In this document: piece after piece, positions 8,753-18,964 of the stretch | Numbering within the stretch: the first letter of the stretch is position 1 | Layout: the number at the start of each line of letters is the position of its first letter | Source: Saccharolobus solfataricus | Lineage (GTDB): Archaea; Thermoproteota; Thermoprotei_A; Sulfolobales; Sulfolobaceae | NCBI RefSeq assembly: GCF_900079115.1 | Contig: NZ_LT549890.1 | Location: 2,100,001-2,132,000 of the forward strand | Direction: 5' to 3' | DNA length: 32,000 nt | Position numbers and translations under genes: made by a program | The notes under the pieces: model-generated | The model's input: only the letters and a program-made list of their open reading frames with translations | What the model was told of the DNA's origin: nothing | The model's database searches: none

Positions 8753-9875
8753 ATTTTCTTTCGAGTTCTGAGATTTTCTCAATAGTCTTTTGAACTTCCT
8801 CCTCTGTATTGTAGAAGTGCGTTGATATCCTTATCCCTTCTCCTCTTGGCGACACAACTATGTTTTCCTTTAATAGTTCCTTCGCTATCTCTTTAGGTTT
8901 TTTAACCTTTACTATGACAATTCCAGCTCTCTTATCCTCTGGAGTGATTACCTCCATGCTATGGTCCTTTGCTAATCTTATTGCAAATTGGGAAAGATTC
9001 GTCACTGAACTCTCAATTAATTCCATATTTTCGCCTATTATTTCGCAAGACTTTGCAAGTGATAAGTTTGCAGCTAAATCTACTGTACCTATTTCAAATC
9101 TTCTAGGACCCTTCTCTAATGTAAACTTATTTGGATTAAAATCCAAGTAATCAGCACTAGTTTTCCATCCATAAAACGGTGGATCTTCTATCAATCCTCT
9201 TTTAACATAGATAAATCCGGATCCTTGTGGACTCATTAACCATTTATATCCTCCAGCAATAGCGAAATCTATACCAAGTTCCTTTACATTTATTTTGACT
9301 GCACCAGCACTCTGTATGATATCTAATAGAACTAGAGTATTGTTCTCCCTTGCGGCTTTTACAATTTTTCTAACATCTACTTTCAGACCAGTATTAAAGC
9401 TAACATGGCTTATTGCAACTAATCTAGTATTTTTATCAATATGTGATATTATATCTTCCTCAAAGGTATAGGGATTAGTCTCTACTATATTTATCTTGAC
9501 TCCTTTTTTCGTTAATTTCAAAAATGGGTACACTACAGTTGGGAACTCAAGGTTATCTGTTACTATATTATCATCTCCCTTCCATTCTAGCCCATGTGCA
9601 ACTAAGTTTACCCCATAACTAGTATTTGGAATTAGCGAAATCTCATCTGAGTATGCTCCTACCAAATTGGATATTTTAGACCTTATGTGATACAGTTCAT
9701 CCTCTTCCTCTTCATTAACAGCTATGCTTCCCCTATTTGCAACTTCATATAAATATCTGTAAGCCTCAAATAACGACGGTAAAGGTGTGGGTGACACTGA
9801 TGCATGATTTAAATATACGTATTTTCTGGTAACGGGTACGTTTTCCCTAAATTCTCTCGGATCTCTTAATCTCAT
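8745..9875 (-). CDS. Class V PLP-dependent aminotransferase / cysteine desulfurase-like enzyme
   Basis: Length 376 aa. [10 protein letters not shown]-terminal motif, DIIQSAG, and [19 protein letters not shown] containing the PLP lysine. Confidence 0.85.
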   Translation of the reverse strand: MRLRDPREFRENVPVTRKYVYLNHASVSPTPLPSLFEAYRYLYEVANRGSIAVNEEEEDELYHIRSKISNLVGAYSDEISLIPNTSYGVNLVAHGLEWKGDDNIVTDNLEFPTVVYPFLKLTKKGVKINIVETNPYTFEEDIISHIDKNTRLVAISHVSFNTGLKVDVRKIVKAARENNTLVLLDIIQSAGAVKINVKELGIDFAIAGGYKWLMSPQGSGFIYVKRGLIEDPPFYGWKTSADYLDFNPNKFTLEKGPRRFEIGTVDLAANLSLAKSCEIIGENMELIESSVTNLSQFAIRLAKDHSMEVITPEDKRAGIVIVKVKKPKEIAKELLKENIVVSPRGEGIRISTHFYNTEEEVQKTIEKISELERKFN

Positions 9876-11562
9876 TTTTGATCTCCTTTAATATTTCTGG
9901 GTCTTCCAATATAGTTTCATCTATTTCTTTTCCCAATAATAAATCTCTCAAAACTCTTCTAACTATTTTACCACTTCGAGACTTCGGTAGTCTTTCAACC
10001 TTATATATTTTGTCAATGACATATATAGGCCCCAACATTTCCCTAACCTTTGTTGCTACTATTCTTTCGTCTACGTTTCCCACATAAAATACTACTAATT
10101 TTTCACCCTTTATCTCATCCGGTATTCCTACAGCAGCTGATTCAATTATTCCTTGCAAGGAATTTATTACACTTTCTACTTCTCCACTAGTTATTCTATG
10201 TCCAGCTATCTTTATCATATCGTCATCTCTACCAACTATTTTAACATAACCTTTCTCATCAATTATGGCTAGATCCCCAGTATCGTGGCTGTTGAATTTT
10301 TCAAAATAGCTTAAAAATTTGTCTTCATCTTTCCAAATTCCAATAAATTGGGTAGGAAATGGTTCTCTTGCGACTAGATGACCAATATGTCCTCTTAAAC
10401 TTTTCCCATTTTCGTCTACTGTGTCTATAACTGCAGCTGGAAATGGCAATCCAGCATATCCTATTTTTGGTTCTACACCATCTAACGCATAAGGATAGCC
10501 TATTACATAACCTAACTCAGTTTGCCCATATACATCTGCAACTCTATCAGAAAACCTTAATGCGTATTTCCATGCAGTTTCATCCATTATCTCTCCTGCT
10601 GTGGCTATAAACTCCACTCTTGGAAGTTTCACATCTAACTTTTGTAAAGTTCTAAGGAGTGTAGGGGATGTAAATAATACTTTAGGCTGTAACTCGTCAA
10701 TAATTTTTGGCAATCTATCCGATGGATAGTCTGGCGCTCCTTCCATAAATGCCAACGTGGAGCCATGCATTAGAGTTCCATACATTATTCTTGAGAACGT
10801 TATCCATCCCACATCTGCAGTTGTTAGAACTATATCGTCACTCTTTAATGAAAACATTAAGTCAAATACTGTATAATCTCCTACCATCCAAGCTCCATGT
10901 GGTAAGATTACACCTTTAGGTTTACCCGTTGTTCCAGAAGTATACATTATTTTCAATGGTTCATTACTTTCTATTTTCTCAAATTCTTTATATTCTCTTG
11001 TATAGTCAAATTGCGAGGAGTCCCTCGGAAATACTATATTGGCTAAGTTAGTATATAGTTTTATTTCCTTTCCCCTTCTGAATGTCTTATCTATGGAGAT
11101 TACTAATTTAGGTTCCAGATTTGAAATCCTACTTACTATAGCATTTATTCCTAATCCTGCAAAAATGAGCGTATAAATTGCTCCTAGTCTAGCCGCAGCT
11201 AGTATCGTAGCTATCGTACATATTGAGTTAGGCATATAAATCGCAATTCTATCTCCTCTTCTTACCCCTTTATCTAGTAATAATCCAGCAATCATTGAAC
11301 TCATATTATTTAACTCATCGAATGTAATTTCATCTCCTTTATGTTTATTCTCTTGGTAAAATATAAGGGCCTTACCACCGTGATTAAGGGCGTTATATGC
11401 AATATTTGTAGTACCGTTAATGAACCATTTAGCTATGGGTAATTGTTTATTTTTTTCTATGACTTTTTCCCATTTCTTAAAGAATGATAACCTATTAGCA
11501 AACGTTTCCCAGTAGGTTTCTGGTTTTTCTAAGGAAAGGTCGTAAAGTGTGTAGTAGTCCAT
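9847..11562 (-). CDS. AMP-forming acyl-CoA synthetase / AMP-dependent ligase
   Basis: AMP-binding signature [18 protein letters not shown], a late TGDLA motif, and C-terminal [11 protein letters not shown]. Length 571 aa. It overlaps the downstream aminotransferase start by 29 nt. Confidence 0.9.
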   Translation of the reverse strand: MDYYTLYDLSLEKPETYWETFANRLSFFKKWEKVIEKNKQLPIAKWFINGTTNIAYNALNHGGKALIFYQENKHKGDEITFDELNNMSSMIAGLLLDKGVRRGDRIAIYMPNSICTIATILAAARLGAIYTLIFAGLGINAIVSRISNLEPKLVISIDKTFRRGKEIKLYTNLANIVFPRDSSQFDYTREYKEFEKIESNEPLKIMYTSGTTGKPKGVILPHGAWMVGDYTVFDLMFSLKSDDIVLTTADVGWITFSRIMYGTLMHGSTLAFMEGAPDYPSDRLPKIIDELQPKVLFTSPTLLRTLQKLDVKLPRVEFIATAGEIMDETAWKYALRFSDRVADVYGQTELGYVIGYPYALDGVEPKIGYAGLPFPAAVIDTVDENGKSLRGHIGHLVAREPFPTQFIGIWKDEDKFLSYFEKFNSHDTGDLAIIDEKGYVKIVGRDDDMIKIAGHRITSGEVESVINSLQGIIESAAVGIPDEIKGEKLVVFYVGNVDERIVATKVREMLGPIYVIDKIYKVERLPKSRSGKIVRRVLRDLLLGKEIDETILEDPEILKEIKNEIKRSERI

Positions 11563-11619
11563 ATCTTTTACTTCTTATAACTTTTTAATTTGTTTTTATG
11601 ATTAGAAGAAGCATTGCAA

Positions 11620-12096
11620 TCACTCCATTATTCTTCTCTTTACTACTTTTCCACCACAATATGGGCACTCTCCATGGTCTATGTTAAATTCTCTTTTACA
11701 GTTGACGCAGACATATTTGAATTTGAAGGATTTTTCCACTTTTTTATTGATTTTGACTGACGAGAATTGTATTCCAAGTTGTTTAAGTATATTTTGTACG
11801 GACAAGTCATCAGTAAATACAATTGACGGTTGTAGATCTAGGGCAAGTGCAATCACTGATATATCTGTATTAGATAGTTTTCTCTCTTTGGTAAGATTTA
11901 ATACTTTAGTTACTTTTTCTACACTTCTTGTAGAAGGCTTCATTATTATTACCTTTCCAGACGATATAGCAATTTCCAGGTTAAATCTGGAGTATTTATC
12001 CTTTATTTCATTTATGACCTCCTGCGTAGTATAGACTCTATCTAAAGAGAGTTGCAGTCCAGATAAAAACCCTGAGGTATCAAATATGATATGCAT
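11620..12096 (-). CDS. Nob1-like PIN-domain endonuclease with C-terminal zinc ribbon
   Basis: N-terminal PIN start IIFDTSGF, a later acidic FTDD motif, and a C-terminal CVNCKREF...CPYCGG zinc ribbon. Length 158 aa. It overlaps the NAD kinase 3' end by 17 nt. Confidence 0.7.
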   Translation of the reverse strand: MHIIFDTSGFLSGLQLSLDRVYTTQEVINEIKDKYSRFNLEIAISSGKVIIMKPSTRSVEKVTKVLNLTKERKLSNTDISVIALALDLQPSIVFTDDLSVQNILKQLGIQFSSVKINKKVEKSFKFKYVCVNCKREFNIDHGECPYCGGKVVKRRIME

Positions 12097-12829
12097 GTAA
12101 TACTTCTCCTATTAAGTCTAGTTTGAAAAATCTTAAGATTTTTGCCTTGTGTTGAGAGACTCTTACCGTAATTTCTTGATTAGTTTTTATTAAGGTAACT
12201 ACTTCACCATCTACCACTACTCTGGCTGTTTGAGGATACCCCTTATCTTCTAATCTTAGGATTAGAGACTTTGGTGGTATTACAACCGATCTTAGATAGT
12301 AGAAAATTGGATTAACGAATATTATCTCTATCGCGTTTAGGTCTTTATATAGCAAGGAGTTGGTTGCAGACATGCCCCAACCACTACTTCCTTGTGGTGT
12401 TGATACTAAAACTCCGTCTCCTTCCACTGAGACTCTTTCAGTATCGAAGCTTATTCCAACTTTTATAGCCTCTGGTCTATCGTATAAGATTCCTATCTCG
12501 TTAAATCCTAATTCTACCTTATCATTATGTACCATTTCCAATAGCATGTATTCTTCCTCGTTATAATCTCCCTTTTTTAGCCTCAGAAGAGCGTCCTCAA
12601 TCTTATCCACAGGTACATCCATTAGTAGTCCTCTCCTTCCAGCTTTTATCGCAATCACTGGCTTACCTAGCTTAACTGCTCTTAATAACGTTCCATCTCC
12701 ACCTACTGCAATGACATAATCGAAATCAATATCTACCACTTCAAAACCTAATTTATTAGAAATATTCTTAATTTTTTCTACAGTGTAATTAAGTTGTGAA
12801 GTAGGCTTACTTACAATCTTAACTCTCAT
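12080..12829 (-). CDS. nadK: NAD kinase
   Basis: GGDGTLLR motif, NEI/ST(P)xGS(S)GW-type motifs ([10 protein letters not shown]), and a length of 249 aa. Confidence 0.9.
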   Translation of the reverse strand: MRVKIVSKPTSQLNYTVEKIKNISNKLGFEVVDIDFDYVIAVGGDGTLLRAVKLGKPVIAIKAGRRGLLMDVPVDKIEDALLRLKKGDYNEEEYMLLEMVHNDKVELGFNEIGILYDRPEAIKVGISFDTERVSVEGDGVLVSTPQGSSGWGMSATNSLLYKDLNAIEIIFVNPIFYYLRSVVIPPKSLILRLEDKGYPQTARVVVDGEVVTLIKTNQEITVRVSQHKAKILRFFKLDLIGEVLHAYHI

Positions 12830-12929
12830 TTTGTTCTCATATTCATCGGAAATACTAATATTCTTTTCCTCTTACATCTGATGCATAGGAAAATTTAATA
12901 GCGTAATTTTTGATTCATCCAATGCAACA

Positions 12930-13997
12930 ATGAAAGGCATAAAAATCATAGTCGCGAGGGTCATCTACGCTATACATTGGTTTTATCTTGCTCCCCTAAT
13001 ACCTTTTCTAGCAGGTAAACTTAATTTATCGTTGCAAATCGTTGGTTTAATTCCTCTTTCTTTCTTTTTAGGCTCTGGTATTATGCAAATACCTTCTGCC
13101 TTTTTATCAACTAGAATAGGATTAAGGAACACTTTACTCCTAGGTCTTTTTATAATGAGTATATCACCACTATTGATACCGTTATCATCCAATTTTATTG
13201 AACTACTGATATTTTACCTAATGGACGGTGTTGGTGCTTCAATGTTCTTTTCCACCGGAGGTGGGATTTTAGCTTCATTGAATAGGGACTCTCCTAGTTT
13301 AGCCTTAGGTTTATATAATGCATCTTTTGCAGTTGGAGGACTTATAGGTTTAAATTGGTATATTGTGTTTGGAAACTATTTATCATTTTACATCTTATCA
13401 ATTTTAACTTTTCTTTCACTTATTATTAATGTAAATAACTCAAACCTAAAACCGTGTTGGAGAATAATAAGGGATAATAGGATAGTAATTCTAGGGATTT
13501 CGATAGCTGGAATATGGGGAGTTTATTACGTTATAGGAGAATTATATCCCACATTTGCATATTATTACTTGCATCTAAACTTAATCGATTCAAGCTTGTT
13601 CACTTCACTGCTACTTGTTTCCTCAGTTATAGGTGGAAGTTTAACATTTTTAGCAGATAGAAAGATCAAGAAGTTTAACCTCCTTATAATTTCCTCGCTT
13701 CTAGGTTCAGTCCCTTCTCTTCTTCTCTATACGAAGGTCTATTTGCTAGGTATTGTAATAACTGGTATTTTTAATGAACTAGCAATATCGGTACTGTACT
13801 CGATAATAGCTAGTTTGCAAAGGGATGCAAATGCAACCATGGGGTTAGCATTGGTTAATTCACTAAATATTTTAATTGGAATGAATTTTGAGCTACTTGC
13901 TTCATATTCGGGTTATTATATGTGGATTGCGGTTAATATTATAGGACTACTATTATTTTCACTTATAGTGTTGGTTAGACAGAATATCTCAATTTGA
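12930..13997 (+). CDS. MFS-type transporter
   Basis: 355 aa of about 10-12 hydrophobic helices, with a loop STRIGLRNT that resembles the MFS motif A position between TM2 and TM3. Confidence 0.65.
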   Translation: MKGIKIIVARVIYAIHWFYLAPLIPFLAGKLNLSLQIVGLIPLSFFLGSGIMQIPSAFLSTRIGLRNTLLLGLFIMSISPLLIPLSSNFIELLIFYLMDGVGASMFFSTGGGILASLNRDSPSLALGLYNASFAVGGLIGLNWYIVFGNYLSFYILSILTFLSLIINVNNSNLKPCWRIIRDNRIVILGISIAGIWGVYYVIGELYPTFAYYYLHLNLIDSSLFTSLLLVSSVIGGSLTFLADRKIKKFNLLIISSLLGSVPSLLLYTKVYLLGIVITGIFNELAISVLYSIIASLQRDANATMGLALVNSLNILIGMNFELLASYSGYYMWIAVNIIGLLLFSLIVLVRQNISI

Positions 13998-14328
13998 CTC
14001 GTACTTGAAATACTTTACTCTCGTTTATTAACTCTAGATTTCCGCTTTCGTTCAATAGGCGTATTTTAAAGATTTTCTGCTTCGGTCCACTATTCACTCT
14101 TATTGTTATCCAAGGGTTAACTCCATATACTAAGACAGATACTTTTCCATCTATTTTGACAGTTCTAGTACTAGAAGGCAATAACAATACCTCCTCTTCT
14201 CTATATTTCTCACCGACGTATTTTGTTCCCTCAGTTATAATGATATTATAATATTTGAACCACAAATAAGTCAGAATAGGCAAAGGTACAGCTAAAATTA
14301 CTATATTAAGTTGTGTGTAATCAGTCAT
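13975..14328 (-). CDS. Hypothetical N-terminally membrane-anchored protein
   Basis: 117-aa ORF with a single N-terminal TM helix (LNIVILAVPLPILTYLWF). Its 3' end overlaps the MFS gene convergently by 23 nt. Confidence 0.4.
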   Translation of the reverse strand: MTDYTQLNIVILAVPLPILTYLWFKYYNIIITEGTKYVGEKYREEEVLLLPSSTRTVKIDGKVSVLVYGVNPWITIRVNSGPKQKIFKIRLLNESGNLELINESKVFQVRVKLRYSV

Positions 14329-14414
14329 ATATATATCTTTACGTTATTTGGTAATAAAAATTTGCACTAAGGTTTAAATAGTATAAATACTACAACCTAA
14401 TAGGTGGTGTATAA

Positions 14415-15413
14415 GTGGATGAATACGATATAGTTGTAATTGGAGGTGGCCCAGTAGGTCTATTCGGTACTTTTTATGCAGGATTAAGAGATATGAAAAC
14501 ATTATTGATAGATGCTCAAGATGAGCTAGGCGGTCAACTAGTATCATTATATCCAGAGAAAATTGTATATGATGTAGGTGGTTTGGCAGGAATCCAAGCT
14601 TATGAATTAGCTCAAAGGCTTATTGAGCAAGCTAAAATGTTTGGCCCAGATATAAAAGTTAATGAATTAGCTGACATGATAGAGAAAACTAACGATAACA
14701 TGTGGATAGTTAAGACTGATAAAGCCACATACAAAACTAAGACTATTTTCATTGCAGCAGGTATAGGGAAGATAGTTCCTTCAAGGTTAGGGGCTAAAGG
14801 AGAGATCGAGTACGAGAATAGAGGGGTCTATTATACCGTAAGAAGGAAGAAAGACTTTGAGGGTAAGAGGGTATTAATAGTAGGTGGTGGAGATTCAGCA
14901 GTAGATTGGGCATTAACTTTAGCTCCAGTAGCTAAATCTGTGACATTAATACATAGAAGAGATCAATTTAGAGCTCATGAGAGAAGTGTAAAGGAGCTCT
15001 TTAGGGTAGCTAACGTTTATGTTTGGCATGAATTAAAAGAAGTTAAAGGGGATGGTAATAAGGTAACCCAAGCAATAATATTCGATAATAGGACAAAGGA
15101 GGAGAAAGTGTTAGATGTAGATAGTGTAATTATAAGTATAGGATACAAAGGTGATCTTGGTAATATTCCTAAATGGGGAGTAACCATGAAAGGTAGGGAT
15201 ATAGTCGTTAACGGTAGGATGGAAACTAACTTACCTGGTGTTTATGCTGGAGGGGATATTGTACAGATGGAAGGTTCTCCCAAGTTAGCGCTAATAGCTG
15301 TAGGTTTTGCTCATGCTGCCATCGCTATAAGTGTAGCCAAGAAGTATGTGGAGCCTAATGCATCCTTATTTGCCGGCCACAGTTCGGAAATGGACAAATT
15401 TAAACCTAAGTAA
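14415..15413 (+). CDS. Ferredoxin-NADP+ reductase of the thioredoxin-reductase-like (YumC) type
   Basis: [13 protein letters not shown] motif followed by GGQL, second dinucleotide motif [12 protein letters not shown], and GGD near the C-terminus. There is no CxxC redox pair, as expected for the FNR type rather than true TrxR. Length 332 aa. GTG start preceded by GGTGGTG. Confidence 0.8.
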
Positions 15414-15435
15414 TCATTCTTTTTCTCTAAATACA

Positions 15436-16176
15436 ATGAAGACTAAAAGGCTTAGTGAGTTTTTCCCTGGTGTAAGAAGTTATTATATCGTAGGCGAGAT
15501 AGCCATAATAACTCCTAAGCGAGTTAACGTGGATTATAATTTAGTTGCAGAAAAGATAATGCAAGCTCATCCTAAGATAAAGGCTGTATATCTTAAGAAG
15601 AAGGTGAAAGGTGAATTAAGAACAAACGAGTTAGAATTTTTGTCCGGAGAAAGAATATCTAGCACAATTTATAAGGAGAATGGAGTGTTGTTTTATGTAG
15701 ATATAAATAAGGTTTACGTTAATCCTTCTCTTTCTGGAGATAGATTAAAAAACTTGGAACTTGTAGAAGAAGGAAGCACTGTATTAGACGCCTTTACTGG
15801 TTATGGCGCGATTGCGCTAAATATAGCTCATAAAAAAAGGGTTTATGTCGTTGCCGGGGATATTAATATTGATGGATTGTATATGCTCAAGAAGTCTTTA
15901 AGTCTGAATAAGATAAAAGGTATGATAGATATCGTACAATACGATGCACATCATCTGCCATTTAGAGATAAGGTCTTTAAGTTATCTTTCGGTGATAATC
16001 CTACATTAATAATTGATTTCAAAGAAGAGTTGTGCAGGGTTTCTGAAAATGTTGTATTTTACATTTTATGTGAATCCGAAGATAAGGCAAATTCGAGTTT
16101 AGGTCGAACTTCTTGGATTAAGATTAACGACTATTCTAAGAATCTCTTTATCTTCAAGGGGTTGGTCAGATGCTAA
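15436..16176 (+). CDS. Trm5/Tyw2 (Met-10+) family SAM-dependent tRNA modification enzyme
   Basis: The ATG at 15436 lies downstream of the FNR stop, whereas the track start at 15346 overlaps the FNR gene. SAM motif VLDAFTGYGAIALNIA, acidic GDIN, and GDNPT motif IV-like. Confidence 0.6.
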   Translation: MKTKRLSEFFPGVRSYYIVGEIAIITPKRVNVDYNLVAEKIMQAHPKIKAVYLKKKVKGELRTNELEFLSGERISSTIYKENGVLFYVDINKVYVNPSLSGDRLKNLELVEEGSTVLDAFTGYGAIALNIAHKKRVYVVAGDINIDGLYMLKKSLSLNKIKGMIDIVQYDAHHLPFRDKVFKLSFGDNPTLIIDFKEELCRVSENVVFYILCESEDKANSSLGRTSWIKINDYSKNLFIFKGLVRC

Positions 16177-16584
16177 AATAATAATTTCTCCTTCAATTTC
16201 AGTTTTAAGTAAATCAATTATTTCCCTATTTATGTCTCTTGCAGCTTTATCTGAATTTATCATCACTGTTGATCCTTCTATAAAAGTAGACTTCCTAAAT
16301 ATAATTTTATTTTGGTTTTCAAAAGTAAATTTAGATGACCCTCTACCATGAACTACGTCTAAGAACTCTTTCACTCTAATTACTCCATAAATAAAACTTT
16401 TATCATTTCTAGCAATTTTTTTTAAGTCCTCGCTTAGATCTCTGGCTCCTTTATTAGCTAATATTCCTATTATACAATCTCCCCTACTCGTTAGATAGTC
16501 ATCCTTAGTTATTTCCAATGTAGTTTTGTGAAATGCTCTAACATTATGATGTCCTTTTATCTTTACTTTATCTATCGCTATCAA
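16099..16584 (-). CDS. DUF371-family protein
   Basis: The N-terminus IKGHHNVRAFHKTTLEITKDDYLTSRGDCIIG matches the DUF371 pattern as I remember it. It overlaps the upstream YhbY-like gene by 17 nt (same strand). Confidence 0.65.
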   Translation of the reverse strand: MIAIDKVKIKGHHNVRAFHKTTLEITKDDYLTSRGDCIIGILANKGARDLSEDLKKIARNDKSFIYGVIRVKEFLDVVHGRGSSKFTFENQNKIIFRKSTFIEGSTVMINSDKAARDINREIIDLLKTEIEGEIIILASDQPLEDKEILRIVVNLNPRSST

Positions 16585-16837
16585 TTTTAGCTAATATAAA
16601 AGTATATCCTCTAACCTCTATAAGTTTAGCCCCAACCATTTCTGCAACTCTTTTTGCGAATTCTTTTCGGTCATCAATTTCTTTAATCCCTATTTTTACC
16701 TTTACAACCTTATGTTCATTTAATCTTCTTTTTATTTCGTTTATCATACCTTCTGTTACACCATATTTTCCTATTCTTATATCTGCTCTTTCAGCTCTCG
16801 TTTTCTTTATCAGATCTTTTATTTCCTGAGAGTACAT
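16568..16837 (-). CDS. YhbY/CRM-domain RNA-binding protein
   Basis: Length 89 aa. IRIGKYGVTEGMINEIKRRLNEHKVVKVKI is the typical CRS1/YhbY motif. Confidence 0.8.
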   Translation of the reverse strand: MYSQEIKDLIKKTRAERADIRIGKYGVTEGMINEIKRRLNEHKVVKVKIGIKEIDDRKEFAKRVAEMVGAKLIEVRGYTFILAKIDSDR

Positions 16838-17111
16838 ATCTCCTTTGCCAATTACAAATTAGGCATGTTCTAATTAAAATCTTTGACCTCATTCTCCTTC
16901 TCTCAGTTACTCCAATAATTAATGGTGTGTAGCACTTCCTACAAAACATTCGTTTGTACTTTAAAGGAATTTCGACCTTACCTTTTCTAGAATACATCTC
17001 AGCTAATTTTACATACTCTCTAGCTAACTCCAGATTACCACTCTTTGCAGTATTGTAAGCTAGCTCTATAAGCTCGATAATCCTCTTCTTAATCTGGTTT
17101 TTTCTTCTCAC
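16791..17111 (-). CDS. rnp4: RNase P protein component 4 (Rpp21/Rpr2 family)
   Basis: Length 106 aa. N-terminal helical part followed by zinc ribbon CRKCYTPL...CLICNWQRRY. GTG start. Confidence 0.8.
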   Translation of the reverse strand: MRRKNQIKKRIIELIELAYNTAKSGNLELAREYVKLAEMYSRKGKVEIPLKYKRMFCRKCYTPLIIGVTERRRMRSKILIRTCLICNWQRRYVLSGNKRSDKENES

Positions 17112-17132
17112 AATAACTAATAAATCCTCTTT

Positions 17133-17804
17133 ATGTTAAAATATTCTATGCATTTAAACATCATCTTATTGGAAGCCAGTTTAGAACTAGTTCCTAAAGA
17201 AATAGTTAATCATCCGGCAGTTATTAAAAACGCCAAGAGGAGGAATAAAAAGCCGGAAGACACATTACTAGACATTTCCTTACACTATCATGCAATGAAG
17301 TATTTAGAAAATAGCCATAAAAGAGGTAGACCGGATATTTTACATCAAGCCTTGCTTGTAATTTTAACAGATCCAGTAATTAAAGGTGATATATTTATAC
17401 ATACAATACAATCTAAGATAATTAAGGTAAATCCCAATATGAGGCCACCTAAAAATTATTTGAGATTTATAGGTTTAATGGAGCAATTATTGAAATACGG
17501 TAAAATACCTATTAATGGAGATGAGACTCTAATGGAGGTTACAAATCTTACATTAGACAACATTGTGAATAGATATGATTTAATACTATTATCAGAAAAG
17601 GGAGAGAAAATTAATCCAGAAGAAATATGTAAATTAGATGAAAAATGGCTATTAGGAATAGGGGCTTTTCCTCATGGAGATTTTTCTGACAAAATTTTGA
17701 ATTTGGCTAAGAAAATTTATTCTATAAGTGGATTTCCTCTGGAAACACAACAGGTTTTATGTAGAATCTTTTCTGCTTGTAATTCTATTTTAGGTTGGCC
17801 TTAG
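17133..17804 (+). CDS. nep1: rRNA small-subunit pseudouridine methyltransferase Nep1 (Emg1)
   Basis: LLEASLELVP, RGRPDILHQALL and the SPOUT-type C-terminus. Length 223 aa. The second ATG at 17148 is an equally plausible start. Confidence 0.85.
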   Translation: MLKYSMHLNIILLEASLELVPKEIVNHPAVIKNAKRRNKKPEDTLLDISLHYHAMKYLENSHKRGRPDILHQALLVILTDPVIKGDIFIHTIQSKIIKVNPNMRPPKNYLRFIGLMEQLLKYGKIPINGDETLMEVTNLTLDNIVNRYDLILLSEKGEKINPEEICKLDEKWLLGIGAFPHGDFSDKILNLAKKIYSISGFPLETQQVLCRIFSACNSILGWP

Positions 17805-18360
17805 CCTTGATAGTAACTATTCCACCTGGTACCACATCCACATCTTGTATCGATAAATCGTACGCCTCTGCGATTTTTGAGAAAATTTTTCCAGCACATA
17901 AGGTAGAGATTAAACTAAATCCAGTTCCAGTTATTCTAAATTCTATCATATCTCCAGTATTTTTAATCGAGACATTTCTAATAGGTAGTGCAATCTTTAT
18001 TGCATTATAAAAATCAAATAGCTCATCTAACGTTGAGGCTTTTGATCTCAAGAACGATCCTATTTGTTCTCCTACTTCTTCACACATATTTTCATATTGC
18101 TTATTGTCTTTTTCATAAGCCAATTTAGTTAAGTTCTCAAGAAACCAACTAGTTACCGGAACTATATCTAAGGCCTTTGATATTGTATAATAATCTACCA
18201 AACTTTCTAGCGTATTTGCATCCTCACCCTCCTTGAGTAGTTTCAACAAGGCTTTAAGGGCAGCGTTAGTTAAAGAATAGATAGTATAACCTCTCTTTTT
18301 CGCCTCATTTTCTAATTGCTCTATTAGGTCAGCTTCAGCTGCTATATTAACTCTTGGCAT
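17785..18360 (-). CDS. Ribbon-helix-helix domain protein with an uncharacterised C-terminal domain (putative regulator)
   Basis: The N-terminus PRVNIAAEADLIEQLENEAKKRGYTIYSLTNAALKALL shows a CopG/RHH pattern. The roughly 140-aa C-terminal domain is unrecognised and may be ligand-binding. Confidence 0.5.
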   Translation of the reverse strand: MPRVNIAAEADLIEQLENEAKKRGYTIYSLTNAALKALLKLLKEGEDANTLESLVDYYTISKALDIVPVTSWFLENLTKLAYEKDNKQYENMCEEVGEQIGSFLRSKASTLDELFDFYNAIKIALPIRNVSIKNTGDMIEFRITGTGFSLISTLCAGKIFSKIAEAYDLSIQDVDVVPGGIVTIKAKANLK

Positions 18361-18717
18361 ATCTGTCTATAGAGAGTTTGTAAAAAAGGCTATTTATATT
18401 TAGTCATGCTACCGCTTAAAGTTATTTTAAAAGGGTTATGAATGAGGTATGAAAGCAATTAAATCGAAAATTATGAACAGTATTAATAATACTATGAAGC
18501 CCCCTAAATACCAATTGTCATTAACAAATAATGCTCTAATTAAATCAGTCCAACTCCTTATCTCATTCTTCTTTTGACTCAAGTAAGTCCACCATATTTA
18601 TATTTAGGTTTTCCCATTTATAACTTTTGCTATAATTTATATGCGAAAGTTTATTTATAAAATAAACCATATTTACTAGGGAATAAGATATAAATCCACT
18701 AATTTTATAGCAAGTCT

Positions 18718-18737
18718 CAGTCTACATATGTAGGCTG
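18718..18737. repeat. 20-nt near-perfect palindrome / hairpin CAGTCTACATATGTAGGCTG
   Basis: Read directly from the sequence. CTACATATGTAG is a perfect 12-bp palindrome. The outer arms pair apart from one T/G position, which would be a G-U wobble in RNA. It sits in the 604-bp non-coding gap. Confidence 0.6.
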
Positions 18738-18964
18738 ACAATTAACGCACTTTCATGAAGATTCAACTGAAACCCAAATCCCCTTAAATATTTACAAAAT
18801 GTAATTCCGAAAAGATAAGATAATCTTTGAAGGGAAAATTTAACTAGACATGTAGCTAATTGAAGCAAATTGTTTAGCCCGATAAACTATAAATACCTAC
18901 ATTATCTAATAAATACTGTATAGGCTACTCTGTTCTCCTATAAGTTATGGTGTGGTGATGAGAG

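Noticed and set aside
11620-12096. I considered the PIN-domain protein as a VapC toxin of a toxin-antitoxin system.
   Set aside because: It carries a C-terminal zinc ribbon typical of archaeal Nob1 (a ribosome maturation nuclease). It overlaps the NAD kinase gene in an operon and has no small upstream antitoxin ORF.
15346-15435. The track start at 15346 for the Trm5/Tyw2-like gene overlaps the FNR gene by 68 nt.
   Set aside because: The first 30 codons lie inside the FNR C-terminal coding region. The ATG at 15436 lies after the FNR stop and begins a plausible N-terminus (MKTKRLSEFFPG).
17785-18360. I considered the ribbon-helix-helix protein as an antitoxin.
   Set aside because: At 191 aa with a large extra domain it is too big for a typical antitoxin, and no toxin-sized partner is adjacent. 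A regulator is more likely.
18449-18577. A 42-codon ORF (MKAIKSKIMNSINNTMKPPKYQLSL...) lies in the long intergenic gap.
   Set aside because: It has low-complexity AT-driven composition, no clear promoter spacing or SD motif, and no recognisable motif. It is indistinguishable from chance in AT-rich DNA.
18361-18964. I considered the AT-rich 604-bp gap as a replication origin.
   Set aside because: I could not find ORB or mini-ORB-like TCCAnnGGAAA-type repeats. No cdc6/orc1 or whiP gene is adjacent, whereas Sulfolobus origins are normally next to such genes.
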